Assembly (NCBI RefSeq): GCF_018977255.1 | Contig: NW_024704749.1 | Coordinates: 18,290,001-18,354,000 of the forward strand | DNA length: 64,000 bases | Reading direction: 5' to 3' | DNA from: Callorhinchus milii | Taxonomy: Eukaryota | Shown: one piece after another, positions 11,809 to 24,900 of the stretch | Layout of the letters: each line of letters opens with the position of its first letter | Numbering within the stretch: the stretch's first letter is position 1 | Program-made: the position numbers and the translations under genes | The notes under the pieces: generated by a model | The model's database searches: none | What the model saw: only the letters and a program-made list of their open reading frames with translations | What the model was told of the DNA's origin: nothing

Positions 11809-14800
11809 AACGGGGAAAAGAAGGAAGCAAAGTGTGAGCGAGTGTTGCTCACAGGGTTCCCATGAAGTGGGGCTTTCCATGTAACAGGTCAACAGCAACA
11901 ACAACTTGCATTTACATAGCACCCCTCACGCAGAGCGACCTGTGTTGTTCCATTCAGTTCAACCAAATAAAGCCAAGTGTGATAAGAAATTCATGGTTGT
12001 GTTGTGATCCTCTTGATTGTGCTCCTCTCTCCTCCCACGTTAAATAAAACCTGTCTTTCTCCATCAACCATTCTTGAAGTGAACGAACTGGGACGTTTCC
12101 TAACGACACTGCTTGCTGTACCTTGGGTTGTAATCAACCTCTTTATCTCCGAAACAGGCCCTGCATCAAACGCTATTCATTATCATTTAGGATGACACCA
12201 TCTGCATTCAAGGTGCTAACACCAGCACCCGCTCCTGCAAATATCTGTTCAGTTGTGAAACCAAAGCTAGATAACAGAAAACAGGGTAGTAAACCGGTGA
12301 CTGAAGACACCGGCAAGATTATAGATCTTTTAACATTTTGGAATACACTTTCTATTTAAATTATAATACATATAATAATAATCCTTGCATTTGGTAAGTG
12401 CTTTTAAAATCGTTGCGATGTTGCAAAGCGCTTCACAGAGTATACTGTAAAGTGAATTGACTATATTTTGTGGCCAAAACGCGACAGCCAATTGTGCACA
12501 GCAGCGACCCCACAAACAGTCGTGGATTGAGTGACTTTAAGTTATTATTTTTTGAAGGGATTATCACCTCTGGAATTTGATGCACCAATCGACTAACAAC
12601 CGACTAACGAGGAGGGTGGCCAAAAGCTTGGTCGAAGAGAGGGGGTTTGAGATGCGCCTTGAAGGAGGCAAGGGAGGGAGCGAGGCGAAGAGAATGGAGT
12701 TCCCTAGGGTGGAGGCAGAAAGGCTGAAGGACTGACCGCTGATAGCGGGGCAGGCCGGGTGGGGGATAATACTATTATTAAATAATACTTATACTAATAA
12801 GGAATCACGCAATAGAGCAGCTCTTGTCACTCCTGCTTTGCCTCGAGGGCTCAGTGCTCACTTCCAATGGTCACAGTTATGTGGTGTTTGTTTTCAATCA
12901 ATCCGCTACGGGCTTTGGTGCTTAATTGGTCACAAATGTTGTTTGCACCGTGTTTACAGCACGCTGGATCAGTTCTCGTTGCAGAATAAAAATATACGAT
13001 TCACGTTTATGTTGGGTCTTTCACGTCGGGAGGATGTCTCAAAGCACTTGAAATGTAAGGTCCGAATGATTAGGAAGTTCTTTGCAGCAACTGGGTCTGA
13101 TTCTAAATATTCCTAATTTCCAGTTGATCTAATTCATATTTTACATTTTCTGCAACATATTTATGTTTTCTAATGTTCTCCCCCCTCTACCACCGTGAGG
13201 GAAGTCTCTCGGTATAACTATATAACACGTATATGATACTAATATATATTACTATATAATATAATAATATCCGTATTAAACAACGATTTGTTGGACACGG
13301 TTTGTGCGCAATCGGCTGCCTCGTTGCGCCCACAAAATGCACAGTATATTCTGTGAAGCGCTTTGAGACGTCTCAGTAATGTGATGAGGCAGGCGCAATA
13401 TCAAATGCAAGGATTAGTATTATTATTATTACTACGGTGGTGTTCTCCTGCTATCGATGCGAGATTGCACCTGATTTCTTGGAGCGTGAGTAGCGTCTGC
13501 GAGACCGCCTCCGCTCTCTAGCAACCAGTTGATCGGCCAGTGATCGTGCCTGGCACCGGGAAGGCTGACAAAATGCTGAGGACAGAAACCTCTGTGGAAA
13601 AAAAAGGAGTCAGTTTCGTTGTAAAAACAATGGGATGATTCACTATTTAATCGGTTGCACATGTTGTTTACAGTGTGCATTTACATAACAGCCCTGCTCT
13701 GCCCTCTAGTTCATTCTCGCCTCTCAGTTGTTGCAGAATAAAAATCGCAAACCACATGGCAAAGGGCAGATTCTGCTGGTTAGCACTTCTGTTTGTCATA
13801 CCAGCGTCCACCAACCTCACGGCCGTTTACAACTCCCTAATTTCCAAGTTATTTTACGCTTGAATTTACATCACAGCTCACAGACGTTATGTGAAGTATT
13901 ATTTGTTCATGAGCTTTAACCGCTTTAATAATAATAAATAATCCTTGCAATTGGTGAAGCTCCTCATCATGTCTTTGAGACATCTCAAAGCGCTTCACAG
14001 GAAATACTGTAAAGTGGATTGACTGTGCATTTGGTAGGTGAAACACGGGAGACAATTTGCGCACAGCAGCGTCCCACAAGCAGCCATGGAGTGAGTGAAC
14101 GATTTTATTTGGGGGGATTGTTGGCCAGGACACTGGACGAAACTCCCTTCTCTTTTCGAATAGTGCTATGTCCACTTGAAGTGGCAGATGGGATCTCAGT
14201 TTAACATCTCATCTGAAGGACGATGAGATGTTAAAGTAATCCAGGTGTCAGCCTGGCTCAGTTGGTAGCACTCTCACCTCTGAGTCAGTGGGTTCAAGTC
14301 TCATGTCCGAACTCATAAGTTGGAGGTACATACAGAGCTGGGGGGGATGGGAACTGCCTCACGTTCAGGTGGACATTATAAGATCCCATAACATTATTTG
14401 AAAGGAGAAGGGAGTTTCTCCTGGTGTACTGGCCAACAAACCTCCAAGTAAAACTTGTCATTCACTTTGTGGCTGTTTGCATGTAGATTTGCTGCAAAAT
14501 ACAGAGTCACTATACTTTACAGTAAATCGTGTGAGGCGCTTTGAGGTGTTTCACGCAAGTGAGAAGGCTCTGTATAGTAACGAAGACATTTGATACAGCG
14601 TACTTCAGTCTCAAAGAGCTTCACAGGATTTTACTATAAAGTATAGCATGATAAGGCACTGTATCAATTGCAAGGATTATTATCATTATTATTATTGAGA
14701 AAGTGCAGAGCAATGCCAGTGATGAGAGGTTTTCCTTATGAAGTACCATCGGAGGAACCCTAGAACACAACAGTAAAGAGAAGATTGAGATAAGAGCTCT

Positions 14801-15482
14801 CTTTTTAAATCTATGAAGGAAGTTTGAAATTGTTTTTCTGTAGCCCTTAGAGTAAGAATGTTTGTAGTAATCAGTATTTGTGAGTGAATGTGACAGCTCA
14901 ATTTCACACAGCAATGTCCCACAAACAGCCATGAAACAAATAACCTATTTGATTTGGGGGAATTACTGGTCACAACATCAGGAGAAACTCACTTCTCTTT
15001 TCGGACAGTGCCATGGGATCTTTAAAGTCCACCTGAACAGGCAGACGAGACCTCGGTTTAACTCATCATGTGCCTATCAACTGAGCCAGGCTGACACCTG
15101 GATTGCTTTTAACGTCTCATGAGATCTAACCAATACGCTAGAGAACTCCACATTAGATACTGAATGTATCTATTAAACAAAACTATTATTTTAAGGCATG
15201 GTTATTTATTTCTCCCTGCCGGCTGTGCTCACTTTCGTCCAACCCTTGTGGTGAAATAGTTAATATCTGTTATGCATCCTGACTTTCTGAAAAAATCTTG
15301 ATGTTGTATAACGCATTGAAATGAGTTCAATATGCGTGATGTAAGGTTCATTGTCAGCCACGCTGACGTGAGACACTTTCTGGTGCATAAATAAGTGATC
15401 CCACACACACAGCGCTGTGACAAGGGACGAGCTTTCAGTGTGTGTGTTGAGAGCAACTCTGGTCGCAGCAGCAGCAGCAGCA

Positions 15483-18400
15483 ATGAGAGCAACGGTGTTG
15501 GCGATTGGGGTAATTGTGCTCTGTGCACTGACTGTGCATGGAGATATCCCAGTGCAGAAAAACTTCGACCTCAACCAGGTACTCTCACCAGTTACACCTC
15601 TCTTCTATTGTGGAGTCCCGTAGCATATTGGTTAGCACGTTCGCCTTGCAAGCCAGAGGACCCTCAGAGAGAGGGATTCAAACAAATAGTGAGATGGACT
15701 AAAAACTGGTCACTTCAATCCATGACTGTTTGTGGGACACTGCTGTGCGCAATCCTCTGCCGTGTTTCGCCCCCGCAAAAAATAGTCAATTCACTTTACC
15801 GTATAGTCTGTGATGCGCTTTGAGAGGTCACAACCACATGATAAGGCGCTGTATCAAATGCAAGGATTATTATAATTGTTATTGTTGAGAGGGTGCAGAA
15901 CGATGCCAGGGATGAGAGGTTTTCCTAGAACAGAACAGAACAGATCAGAGAAAATTGAGGTGGAGTTCTTTTTTAAGAAATTACGATGTATTTACAACTA
16001 AAGCGGACGGATTTTTGAGTCTCAGGCAATTTAAGAGCTGGTCACAGGGCTGCCCGGAGTGGCTGCAGGTGTCCGTGTTACTGACGCCTGCGTTTAGTTC
16101 CTAGGGAAATGGTACGTGGTGGGAATGGCCTCGGACGCACAATGGTTCCTGGGGAGGAAGGACAAGTTTAAGATGAGCACCATCATCATGGCACCCGGAG
16201 AAGATGGGCACCTGAACGTCACGCTCATCAAAAACAAGTGAGAACTGAGGCCAATTTTATTGCACCATCTTGCCCCCTCCCCATTAGGGGTTTTGAGCCT
16301 GTAGTCAAGGCTGACTCTCTCTCGAGAGCAGTGCTGGTGGGGGTGGGGGAGGTGGGGGGGATGTAGGGTAGGGGTTGCGCTGTATTGTCAGAGGCATCAT
16401 CCTTCTGCTGATGACAGCACAGCCAGGCTGACTTGGAGGAGCAAGCCAATCACTAGGAGTGAGATTTTTCGTGTCAATCTTACAAACCGAAGCCCTAACG
16501 GTGAGAATGGTCCTAGCTGGATAAGCAGAGGGTAGCTTGCCAGCGAGCGTTCGAAATTTTAGCAGGTTAAACTCCGGCGGTACCCCAATGCACACACTGC
16601 CTGCCTCCTGCCAATCTGCGCCTAATACTTTCCGGAATTAGCTGAGCAGTGTGCATCCCTCCCGGGAGAGAGAGATCTTCCCATTATAGGCGCAGGGAAA
16701 TTTCCATGCGTAGGTGGAACTCTCACTGGAGACTCTTAAGCACGGCGTTGGGTTAACACATGTGTCAGTCACGCTGGCTGGCACGAAACCGTACAACAAA
16801 CAAAATAATAAAGTGGAAAATTGGCTTCCAAATGAACATCCACACCTTAAGACTAAAATGGACACACAGGGTAAGGATAGGTGGAATTTCAGGTCTGATG
16901 TTAATAAATAGTGTAAAATTTCCTTTCCTATCCACCCCCGATGTTTGGTGTATGTGTGAATGTGATGCTGGGTTCTGCAGAGCCGCACAAGCACAACACA
17001 GTAACCATCATTGTTATTTTACAGGGTTGGAGGCTGCTGGCAAATGGACTTTGTGTACAACAAGACAGATCAGGAAGGACGTTTCAAGTACCACAGCAAA
17101 CGTTAGTTGGGGTTTTAACTAGAGCTTCTTCCTCTGTTATCTCTCTCTCTCTCTCAGCACCAGCTTACTCCTGCTAAATGCCCAGAGCCAAGCCCGGCGT
17201 GGAGGGCTCTATAGAAATGCAAGTTGCTGTTGTTGTTACTGGCTTTCACCCTCTGTTTGATTCTCTGCCCATCTCTCCGTCCCATTCATGCCTCACTATT
17301 CCTGTTTCTTTCTCTGACTTTTTCTCTTTCCCTCACACTATGTGGGATGTCCTTCCGACATGAAAGGTGCTATATAAGTGTAATTTGTTGTTATTGCTGT
17401 TGTTGTCTATCTACCCTTCTGTCACTCTGCCCATCTCTCTGTGACTATTTCTCTGTCCTTGTCTTTGCCTGCCTCCCTGTGTCTCTACTTCTCTGTCTGT
17501 ATCTCTGCCTCGCTGTTGCTCTTGTCTCTCTACTCTTATCTGATATAAGACATGTGGATTTCCAATTTATTTGTAGGTTGGAATAATGACAATGATGTCC
17601 GAGTTGTGGAGACTAACTATGATGAGTTTGCCCTGGTTCACAGTATTAAAACCAAAGGCGATGAGGTCACGATGCTGGTGAAAATGCTCAGTGAGTAAAA
17701 GCCCTCACTCCTGCCGGGTCCATGTATCCACCACCATGCTTAAGAGTTTCCAAACTGCACAGCACAGCACATCCTGAAGGGAAGGTGCACAATATTCCCA
17801 ATTTAGCTTCGCCAGTCAGGGTTACACAACGTTTAACCAGTCTGGCCATCAGCTTTTCTGTCCCCACCCTCTGGAACTCCATCCCTGAATCCCTCACCTC
17901 CCCCCTCCCTCGCATCCTTCTAGGCGCAACTCAAGACCTTCCTCTTTGACCGTGCCTTCAGCCACACTCCCACCCCCAATTCTCCTTCCCCTGCCTTGAT
18001 TCTAGCCCCCAACTTGGGTGCAAATGCTTAACTGTCCAGTGTCCTTCGCCATCTTTCTGCTGTGAAAGATGTTATACAAATGTCATTTTTTACTGTTGTT
18101 CACACTGTGATCTCCTTTGACTTGGTGTTGTTACAGGCTTGAGGTCCACACACAGTGTGAAATGCAATAGATCAGATAGTGCTGAATAAATGTAAACATA
18201 CAAAACCTGCTCACCAAAGATCCAGCCTAACTGTCCTTTACTGTTTCCAGGCAGAGGCCAGGAGCTGAGGTCAGAGCTTGTTAAGGAGTTCAGACAATAC
18301 TGTTTTGCCCAAGGACTAAATGAAGATAACATTCAAATGTTCCCCAAAGAAGGTAAAACACAGTTTTACTGAACAATCACATATACACAGTGCGACATAT

Positions 18401-18982
18401 ACACAAACTACATATACATACTACATATATCACATACACCCAGTATTACATCTACACACAACTGCATACACACAGCGCTATGAATACACACTTCTACATA
18501 TACACACCATTGCTAAATATACAGTACACACTGCTACACGTACACACCGCTTCACATGCACACAACATATTCGGACAGACCTCTCTACATGTACACATGG
18601 CTGCATATTCAAATAATTTCAAACAATTCAGCACTTGTCACAACTTTTGTCAAAATGAAATCATCACTTCCCCACCTGTTAATTTTCCGTTTCTTTGCTT
18701 CCCACAGAAGAATGCCAACCAAGCCGCAATTGGGTGAGTGGTCTTAATCCAGTGTCATGTCTCTGCACAAACTGGGTGTTTGCCCACAAAATAAACAGTC
18801 AATACACTTTATATCCTATGGATGGCTTTGAGACGTCTCAACGACGTGATAAGATGCTATATCAAATGCTAGGATAATAATTATTATTGTTATATAGAAC
18901 TATTCATATTGAGAGAATGTCTTAAAGCACTTCACACGCCTCTACGGATCTAAATGTCCCTTTTTTTGTTTTACAGATTTAA
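15483..18982 (+). CDS. Lipocalin, fish-type prostaglandin D2 synthase-like (ptgdsb/LCN15-like), 7 exons, 186 aa
   Basis: Exons 15483-15578 (signal MRATVLAIGVIVLCALTVHG, then DIPVQKNFDLNQ), 16098-16237 (FLGKWYVVGMASDAQWFLGRKDKFKMST...), 17025-17101 (GGCWQMDFVYNKTDQEGRFKYHSK), 17577-17690 (RWNNDNDVRVVETNYDEFALVHSIKTKG...), 18251-18352 (SRGQELRSELVKEFRQYC...), 18708-18733 (EECQPSRNW) and 18977-18982 (I*). Intron phases 0,2,1,1,1 are canonical for lipocalins. CATAAATA TATA-like box near 15387; AATAAA at 19012. Resembles zebrafish ptgdsb (RWGNDNDMRVV, HTIKTKG) from memory; exact orthology uncertain. Confidence 0.9.
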
Positions 18983-20198
18983 ACGCAGAAAATGACAGAG
19001 AAATGTTCAGCAATAAAAGTAGGATTAGTGTTTCAAATATAACAAGATGCAAAGAACATTCACCTGATGGACACACTTTATATTGGAGCGCTGTATTCAC
19101 ACTTTTATGCAATAAACTATAAACAAGTAGCAAACTGTTGCCTTGTCTGTTTCATACTTATCTGTCATTTATGTCCATAATTTCACATGAGTGGGTCGAT
19201 ACAATACACATTTACATTTATACAGTGCCTTTCATCTTGGGAAGACTTCCCAAAGCACTTAACAACATCAACAACAACAACCTACATTTGTCTAGTGCCT
19301 TTCACGTCAGGAGGACGTCCTAAGGCGCTGGACAGTCAGGGATTTGCTCCTGATGATATGTGTTGTTCTTGTTGTTGTCTTAGTACGGATCTAGATTGAC
19401 TCAACTTCACTGCACGCAGAATTTTCTGCAAGATTCTTTGAAAAAACAGAAAATAATGAATTCAAAGTTCCGTCTGAATTCAATAATTTGCCAAGTTCCA
19501 GACTCTCTGAGAAGTAACAAAAAATGATCCTGGAAAGGGGAGTGTGGGTGGGGGGGGGGGGGGGGGGGAAGAGGGTTTTGTTTTCCCCCAGATAGCCCCT
19601 ATTGACAACCACTTCTCACCCACAAAATGCACAGTCACTACACTTTACAGTATACGCTGTAAGGTGCTTTGAGAACGACTTGAAGATGTGATACGGTGCT
19701 ACATCAAATGCAAGGATTATTATTATTATCATTATATGAAATGCACAGATTATTGCTCAAAGCGTTAATGCTGGAGCTAATTTAAAGAATAATTCAAATC
19801 ACCGCTACAATTATGGTGACGCAGCCGGAAAGATAAAAGTTGCTTGTTATAAAACCAGGTTCACTGAAAAGAGTTGCTGATATCTGCAATTTAGGAACGT
19901 GGGATTTTGGGTCAAGGCTTTCTCTGTGACAAACAAATAAACAAACTGATAGTCCCAGTTCATTCTGAGCTCTTGCAATAATTACAAGAGAAAGCCAAGA
20001 CTGACTTTTTTTCCCTGTTCCCTCTCTCACCCACCCCCCAAAAAAGAGGATTGAAGCATTCATGGGAGTGTGAGGTTTTTTGTTATTTTCGTTTGGGGGT
20101 GAGATTTGTCCTCATTCTCTCCTCGTTGTGGGCAGTGAGACAGCTTTGCAAATGTACTGGTCTTCATGTTTTGTTGACTTCTCAGTGGTTTGATCTGG

Positions 20199-20243
20199 GA
20201 TCAGTGATTAACTAGAAATGTCAACGTAGGTACATTGTGCAAT
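20199..20243. promoter_or_regulatory. AMBP proximal promoter: HNF1-like site plus C/EBP site
   Basis: GATCAGTGATTAAC (reverse GTTAATCACTGATC, HNF1-like) at 20199-20212 and ATTGTGCAAT (C/EBP) at 20234-20243, 95-140 bp upstream of the ATG. A FOXA-like AAACAAATAAACAAAC lies near 19930-19946. Confidence 0.55.
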
Positions 20244-20338
20244 CTGACTCCCCACATGACTGAAGGCTGGACACCTGAGATATTAACCTGATTTACTTTC
20301 AATGCCTCAGTTAGTGACTGACCAACACAACTGAGAGA

Positions 20339-21958
20339 ATGGGGCGAGCGTGTCTTCTGGTTTTGGCAATCTCCTCTCTGTGCTTTCTCCTGAAGGCAGT
20401 AACTGGAATGCCTGTTGAAAGTGGCATTCCTGTTCTGGAGAATTTTGACGTCACTCCGGTAATATCTAGTTTTTCTATACAAAATGTTTGATTCATTTCC
20501 GTGGAAGTCCATGACTTAGACTGTAGTTAGACTGGAGAATGGGTTTATAATAATAAGCCTTTGATGTAGCGCCTGTCGTATCGGGTGGGACGTCTCAAAG
20601 CGCTTCACAGGATTTACTTTCTGTGACTGTACTTTTGTGACTGTGCATTTTGTAGAAGAACGTAATTTTTCACAAAGCAACGTCCCACAAAATAACCAGT
20701 ACATAATACAGTATATTCTGTGAAGCGCTTTTGAGATGTATCAACTGCATTGTAAGGTGCTATATCAAATGCACACGTTTAAGCTAGCAGTAAGTAGGAA
20801 TCTGGTTGTTAATCGATCGGCGGATCGCTTTTTGCGGGCTAATAAATCTTTAAAAAAATAAATTGGACACTTCAATTCACGACTGTTTGTGGGACACTGC
20901 TGTGTGCAATTGGCTGCCGCGATTCATCCACAAAATATACAGTCAATTCACTTCACGGTATATTCTGTGAAGCGCTTTGAGACGTCTCGAAGACGTGATA
21001 AGGCGCTATATCAAAGGCAAGGATTGTTATTATTATTATATAAGATGACCGCGTACTTCGCAAAATGAATGCATTTTGTCTGTTTCTTCTCCCAGTTTCT
21101 CGGGAAGTGGAACAGCATTGCCTTGGCAACTGATTACCCCAGGATACAGCAGATCAGGGCCGAATTGAAGATGACAACGTATTCTTTGGAGGAATCTGAC
21201 CAGCCTGGCAAAATCCATGCTTCACATTTGTTTTATGTGTAAGACGCAGGGTTTGTGTGTTCCGTCTTTACTGCAATGCTGGATTTTCATAAAAATAATC
21301 CTTGTGTTCGATGAAAAAAATCCAATGAAACTCAATCCGCTTGTTTTCAGTACACCGCTGTGTACAAAATACAGTCGATCCACTTTACAATATATTCCGT
21401 GAAGCGCTTTGTGACGTCCCAACGACGTGAAAAGGCACTCTATCAAATGCAAGGATTACTATTATTCACCATTGGACGCATCAAAATGCCTCAAAGCACA
21501 TTACAGGGAATTGTTAGCGACTGAGTGTTTGTTGGCAAACATGGCAGCCAATTTACACATAGCCATGAAGTTAACGATTAATTTGTTTTTAATTGTGGGG
21601 AAGGGTGGAGGGGGAATTGTTTACCAGTACACCAGGAGAAATATACCCTTCTCTTTTCTTCCAGGACTGGGCTGGAGTGTCAATCTCGACTGTGTGCTCA
21701 CCAATAGTAGTAGTATTATTATTACTAATAATTATTATTATTATTATTATTAGTAATAATAATAATCCCTCCAAAAAACAAAACAATAATAAAAAATTGG
21801 TCATTTTCAATCCATGACAGTTTGTGGGACGCTGCTGTGCGCAATTGGCTGCCGCGTTCACCCACAAATATACAGTCGATTCACTTTACAGTATATTCTG
21901 TGAAGCGCTTTGGGACGTCTAGAAGATGTGAAAAGCGCTATATCAAATGCAAAGATTA

Positions 21959-21990
<32 letters not shown>

Positions 21991-24900
21991 AGTGTTTCTC
22001 TCTAAAAAAAACAATTAGTGCAGTTCCCATGGTTGTGTAGTGAACCCCATGCTGGTTACAGACTAAAAGTTTGCTCCCTTCTCATTTTCGACGGTGTTGT
22101 GGGGGTGTAACATTATTGGAAAAGAGAAGGGAGTTTCTCTCTCTCTCCCAGTGTCCTGGCCAGCAATCCCCCAGATAAAATTGGTCATTCACTTCATGGC
22201 TGTTTTATGTGACCGAGCAAGCGCAAATCAGATGCTGTATGTGTGTGATGAGTGCGTGTGTATATGCGTGTTTCCAAACCCAGAGGGTAATTAATGACTG
22301 GAACAGGTTCCCAGGAATCCTGATTGAGGCCAAGACACAAGGACTCATTTAAAGAAACAGCTTGATGGATGCTGTGATGGGAAGATGGTTGGGTAGGAAT
22401 TCTGGATGAGATCAAATGGGTCGAAGGACCTTCTTCATCCGAACCTCTCCTGAGGACTTGGGAGGTGAATTATTGGGTGCAGTTGAATGCTTTTTGTAAC
22501 TCCCTGGATTGTGACCCCCATCTCCCCCATTCTCGCCCGACTCCATTGGCTCCCTATCCTTCAGAGGATCCAATTCAAAATCCTGGTCCTCACCTCCAAA
22601 GCCCTCCATGGCCTCGTCCCACCCTACCTCTGCGACCTCCTAACCCCCTATCAACCCGCCCGCTCCCTCCGCTCAGCCGGCTCTGGCCTGCTCCACGTCC
22701 CCCGACTCACCCGCCCCACCATTGGCGGGAGAGCCTTCAGGTACTCTGCCTCCAACCTCTGGAATTCCATCCCCCAATCACTCCGCCTCGCCGTCTCCTT
22801 AGCTTCCTTCAAGTCTCGCCTCAAGACTCTCCTCTTCGACCATGCCTGCGGCCAACCCATTTCCCCTCCCCTCCCTTCTGCTCCCCTGACCCCAGTTTGG
22901 GTCTGAAATGCTGTACACTGTTCAGCGACTTGGGACGTCCTCCCGACGTGAAAGGCGCTAAACAAAAGTAATCTTGTTGTTGTTGTTGTTGATTTTATTC
23001 TTAGAGGAGACAGATGTACGAATATGTCAGTGATGTGTGACAAGCTGCAGCCTCCTGGTCGGTTCGCACTTTCAAGGTCAAGGTCAAGTAAGTCAGTAGA
23101 CTTGTCCTCATTCATGTACCTCATGTCTTCGGTTAATTAAATGTTGATTGATAATAATAATAATCCTTGCATTTTGATATACCGCCTTATCATGTTGTTG
23201 AGACGTCTCAAAGAGCTTCACAAGCTACACTGTGAAGTGGATTGACTGTGTATTTTGTGGGCGAATCGCGGCAGCCAATTGCACACTGCAGCGTTCCACA
23301 AAAAATTGCTATTAGATGTAAAACTCAGTCACTATATTTTACAGTACATTCTTTGAAGCACTTGGAACGCTAACCCGCGTGAAGGGCACTATATAAATGC
23401 AAGTTGTTGTTGTTGATTCCTGACTTGATAGGCTCGATAACAAATGTAAGGATTATCGTATATGGAATGACAGCTGTTCATTTTCTAACCAAAGTTCCTG
23501 ACATATCTCACATTCTGGAACTATAGGAGGAGGTCACTCAGCTACAGAATGCATCAATCACTTTGAGACGTCCTCACAATGCAAAAGGCAAAGATTACTC
23601 CTTATTCTACATTATTTTAATTAATCCACTTTCCAGCTCTCCAGTTTCAATGATCCAGTTCCCTACTGAACGATTCTATTGACTTGCCCGAAGGAGTCAC
23701 TGGTGGTGAAAAATTCCAAACCCTGACAACTCTCTGAGTGAAGAAATTCCTGCTGATTAAACCCTCCGTTGCCTTTTTTGCTAACAATCCTGAGACCCGT
23801 GCCCCTCCTCCTCCCCTCCCTCGTCACTGATTCCCCAACTAAAGGAAGTATATTTTTTCCCTATCTCCTCCGTCATGCCCCTTCAGTGTCTTAATGATCA
23901 CATCCCCTCTCAATCTCCGATGCTCTGCCTTTCTTACTTAGAATTTCCCCATCCTCGTAAAGAGACACAGAGACATTACCCTAATGGTGTTTACACCCCA
24001 CGTGATCATCCACTCCTCTTATTCCCCCTCTCCTACATCCCTCTGTTCCACTCTCTCTCATGCATGCATCGAGCCTCCTCTTAAATACATTGATACTTTT
24101 TGCTTTGACCACACCTTCCGACATTGATATGGTCACTCATTTCATGGCTGCCTGTGGGACGTTGCTGTGCGCCTACAAATACATAGTCAATAACTACACT
24201 TTATAATAAATCCGTGGATTATTTATTTGTTGCAATACTGTGGACCGTGCAAGCCAAAGCCCTAATGGGTAGGGTGGTCGTAGCAGCAAGAATGCTTGCT
24301 AGACAATGATATATTGTTATAATTTCTAACCTTAAGTTTAAGAAAATATGGTTTTGTGGCTAGGGAGGTGGTGTATGTGTGTGTTTGTGTGTGGGTGTGT
24401 GGGAGGGTGGTCTTAAAGCATGAGTGCAAATGCTAATGTTTAAATGTGTCACAGAAAGAATACAAATAGAGAAACCTCTGAAATCTTTATTTTACACCCC
24501 GACCTTAGGCGAAGAATTCCGAGTGATTCGCGGCAAACACCACGAATATGCCGTCGTCGTCTTCTACAGTCATGGGGCAAACAAAACAGTGACTACACTC
24601 AGGTTGTTCGGTAAGAGTTCTGATTCCTGGAAACTTTGGAAAAGGAGTCAGCCGTTCAGTTCCCTTAAGTCTGTTCCGCCATTTTATTAGATCATGGCTA
24701 ATCTGTACCTCAACTCCAATTACCCATCCAATTCCAGTCCACTGATTCCAACCAATCTCAGTCTGTCACACCGTTCTGCTTTAGGCCTTTAACATGGGGC
24801 AGAATTCGGGAAAATTCTTTGGTTCAGGCTTCTTTCAGGAACCAGTTTCTCTACAGTTCTTAAAAAAGGAACAGGCTTCCAAATGCGTGTCAGCCTGGCT

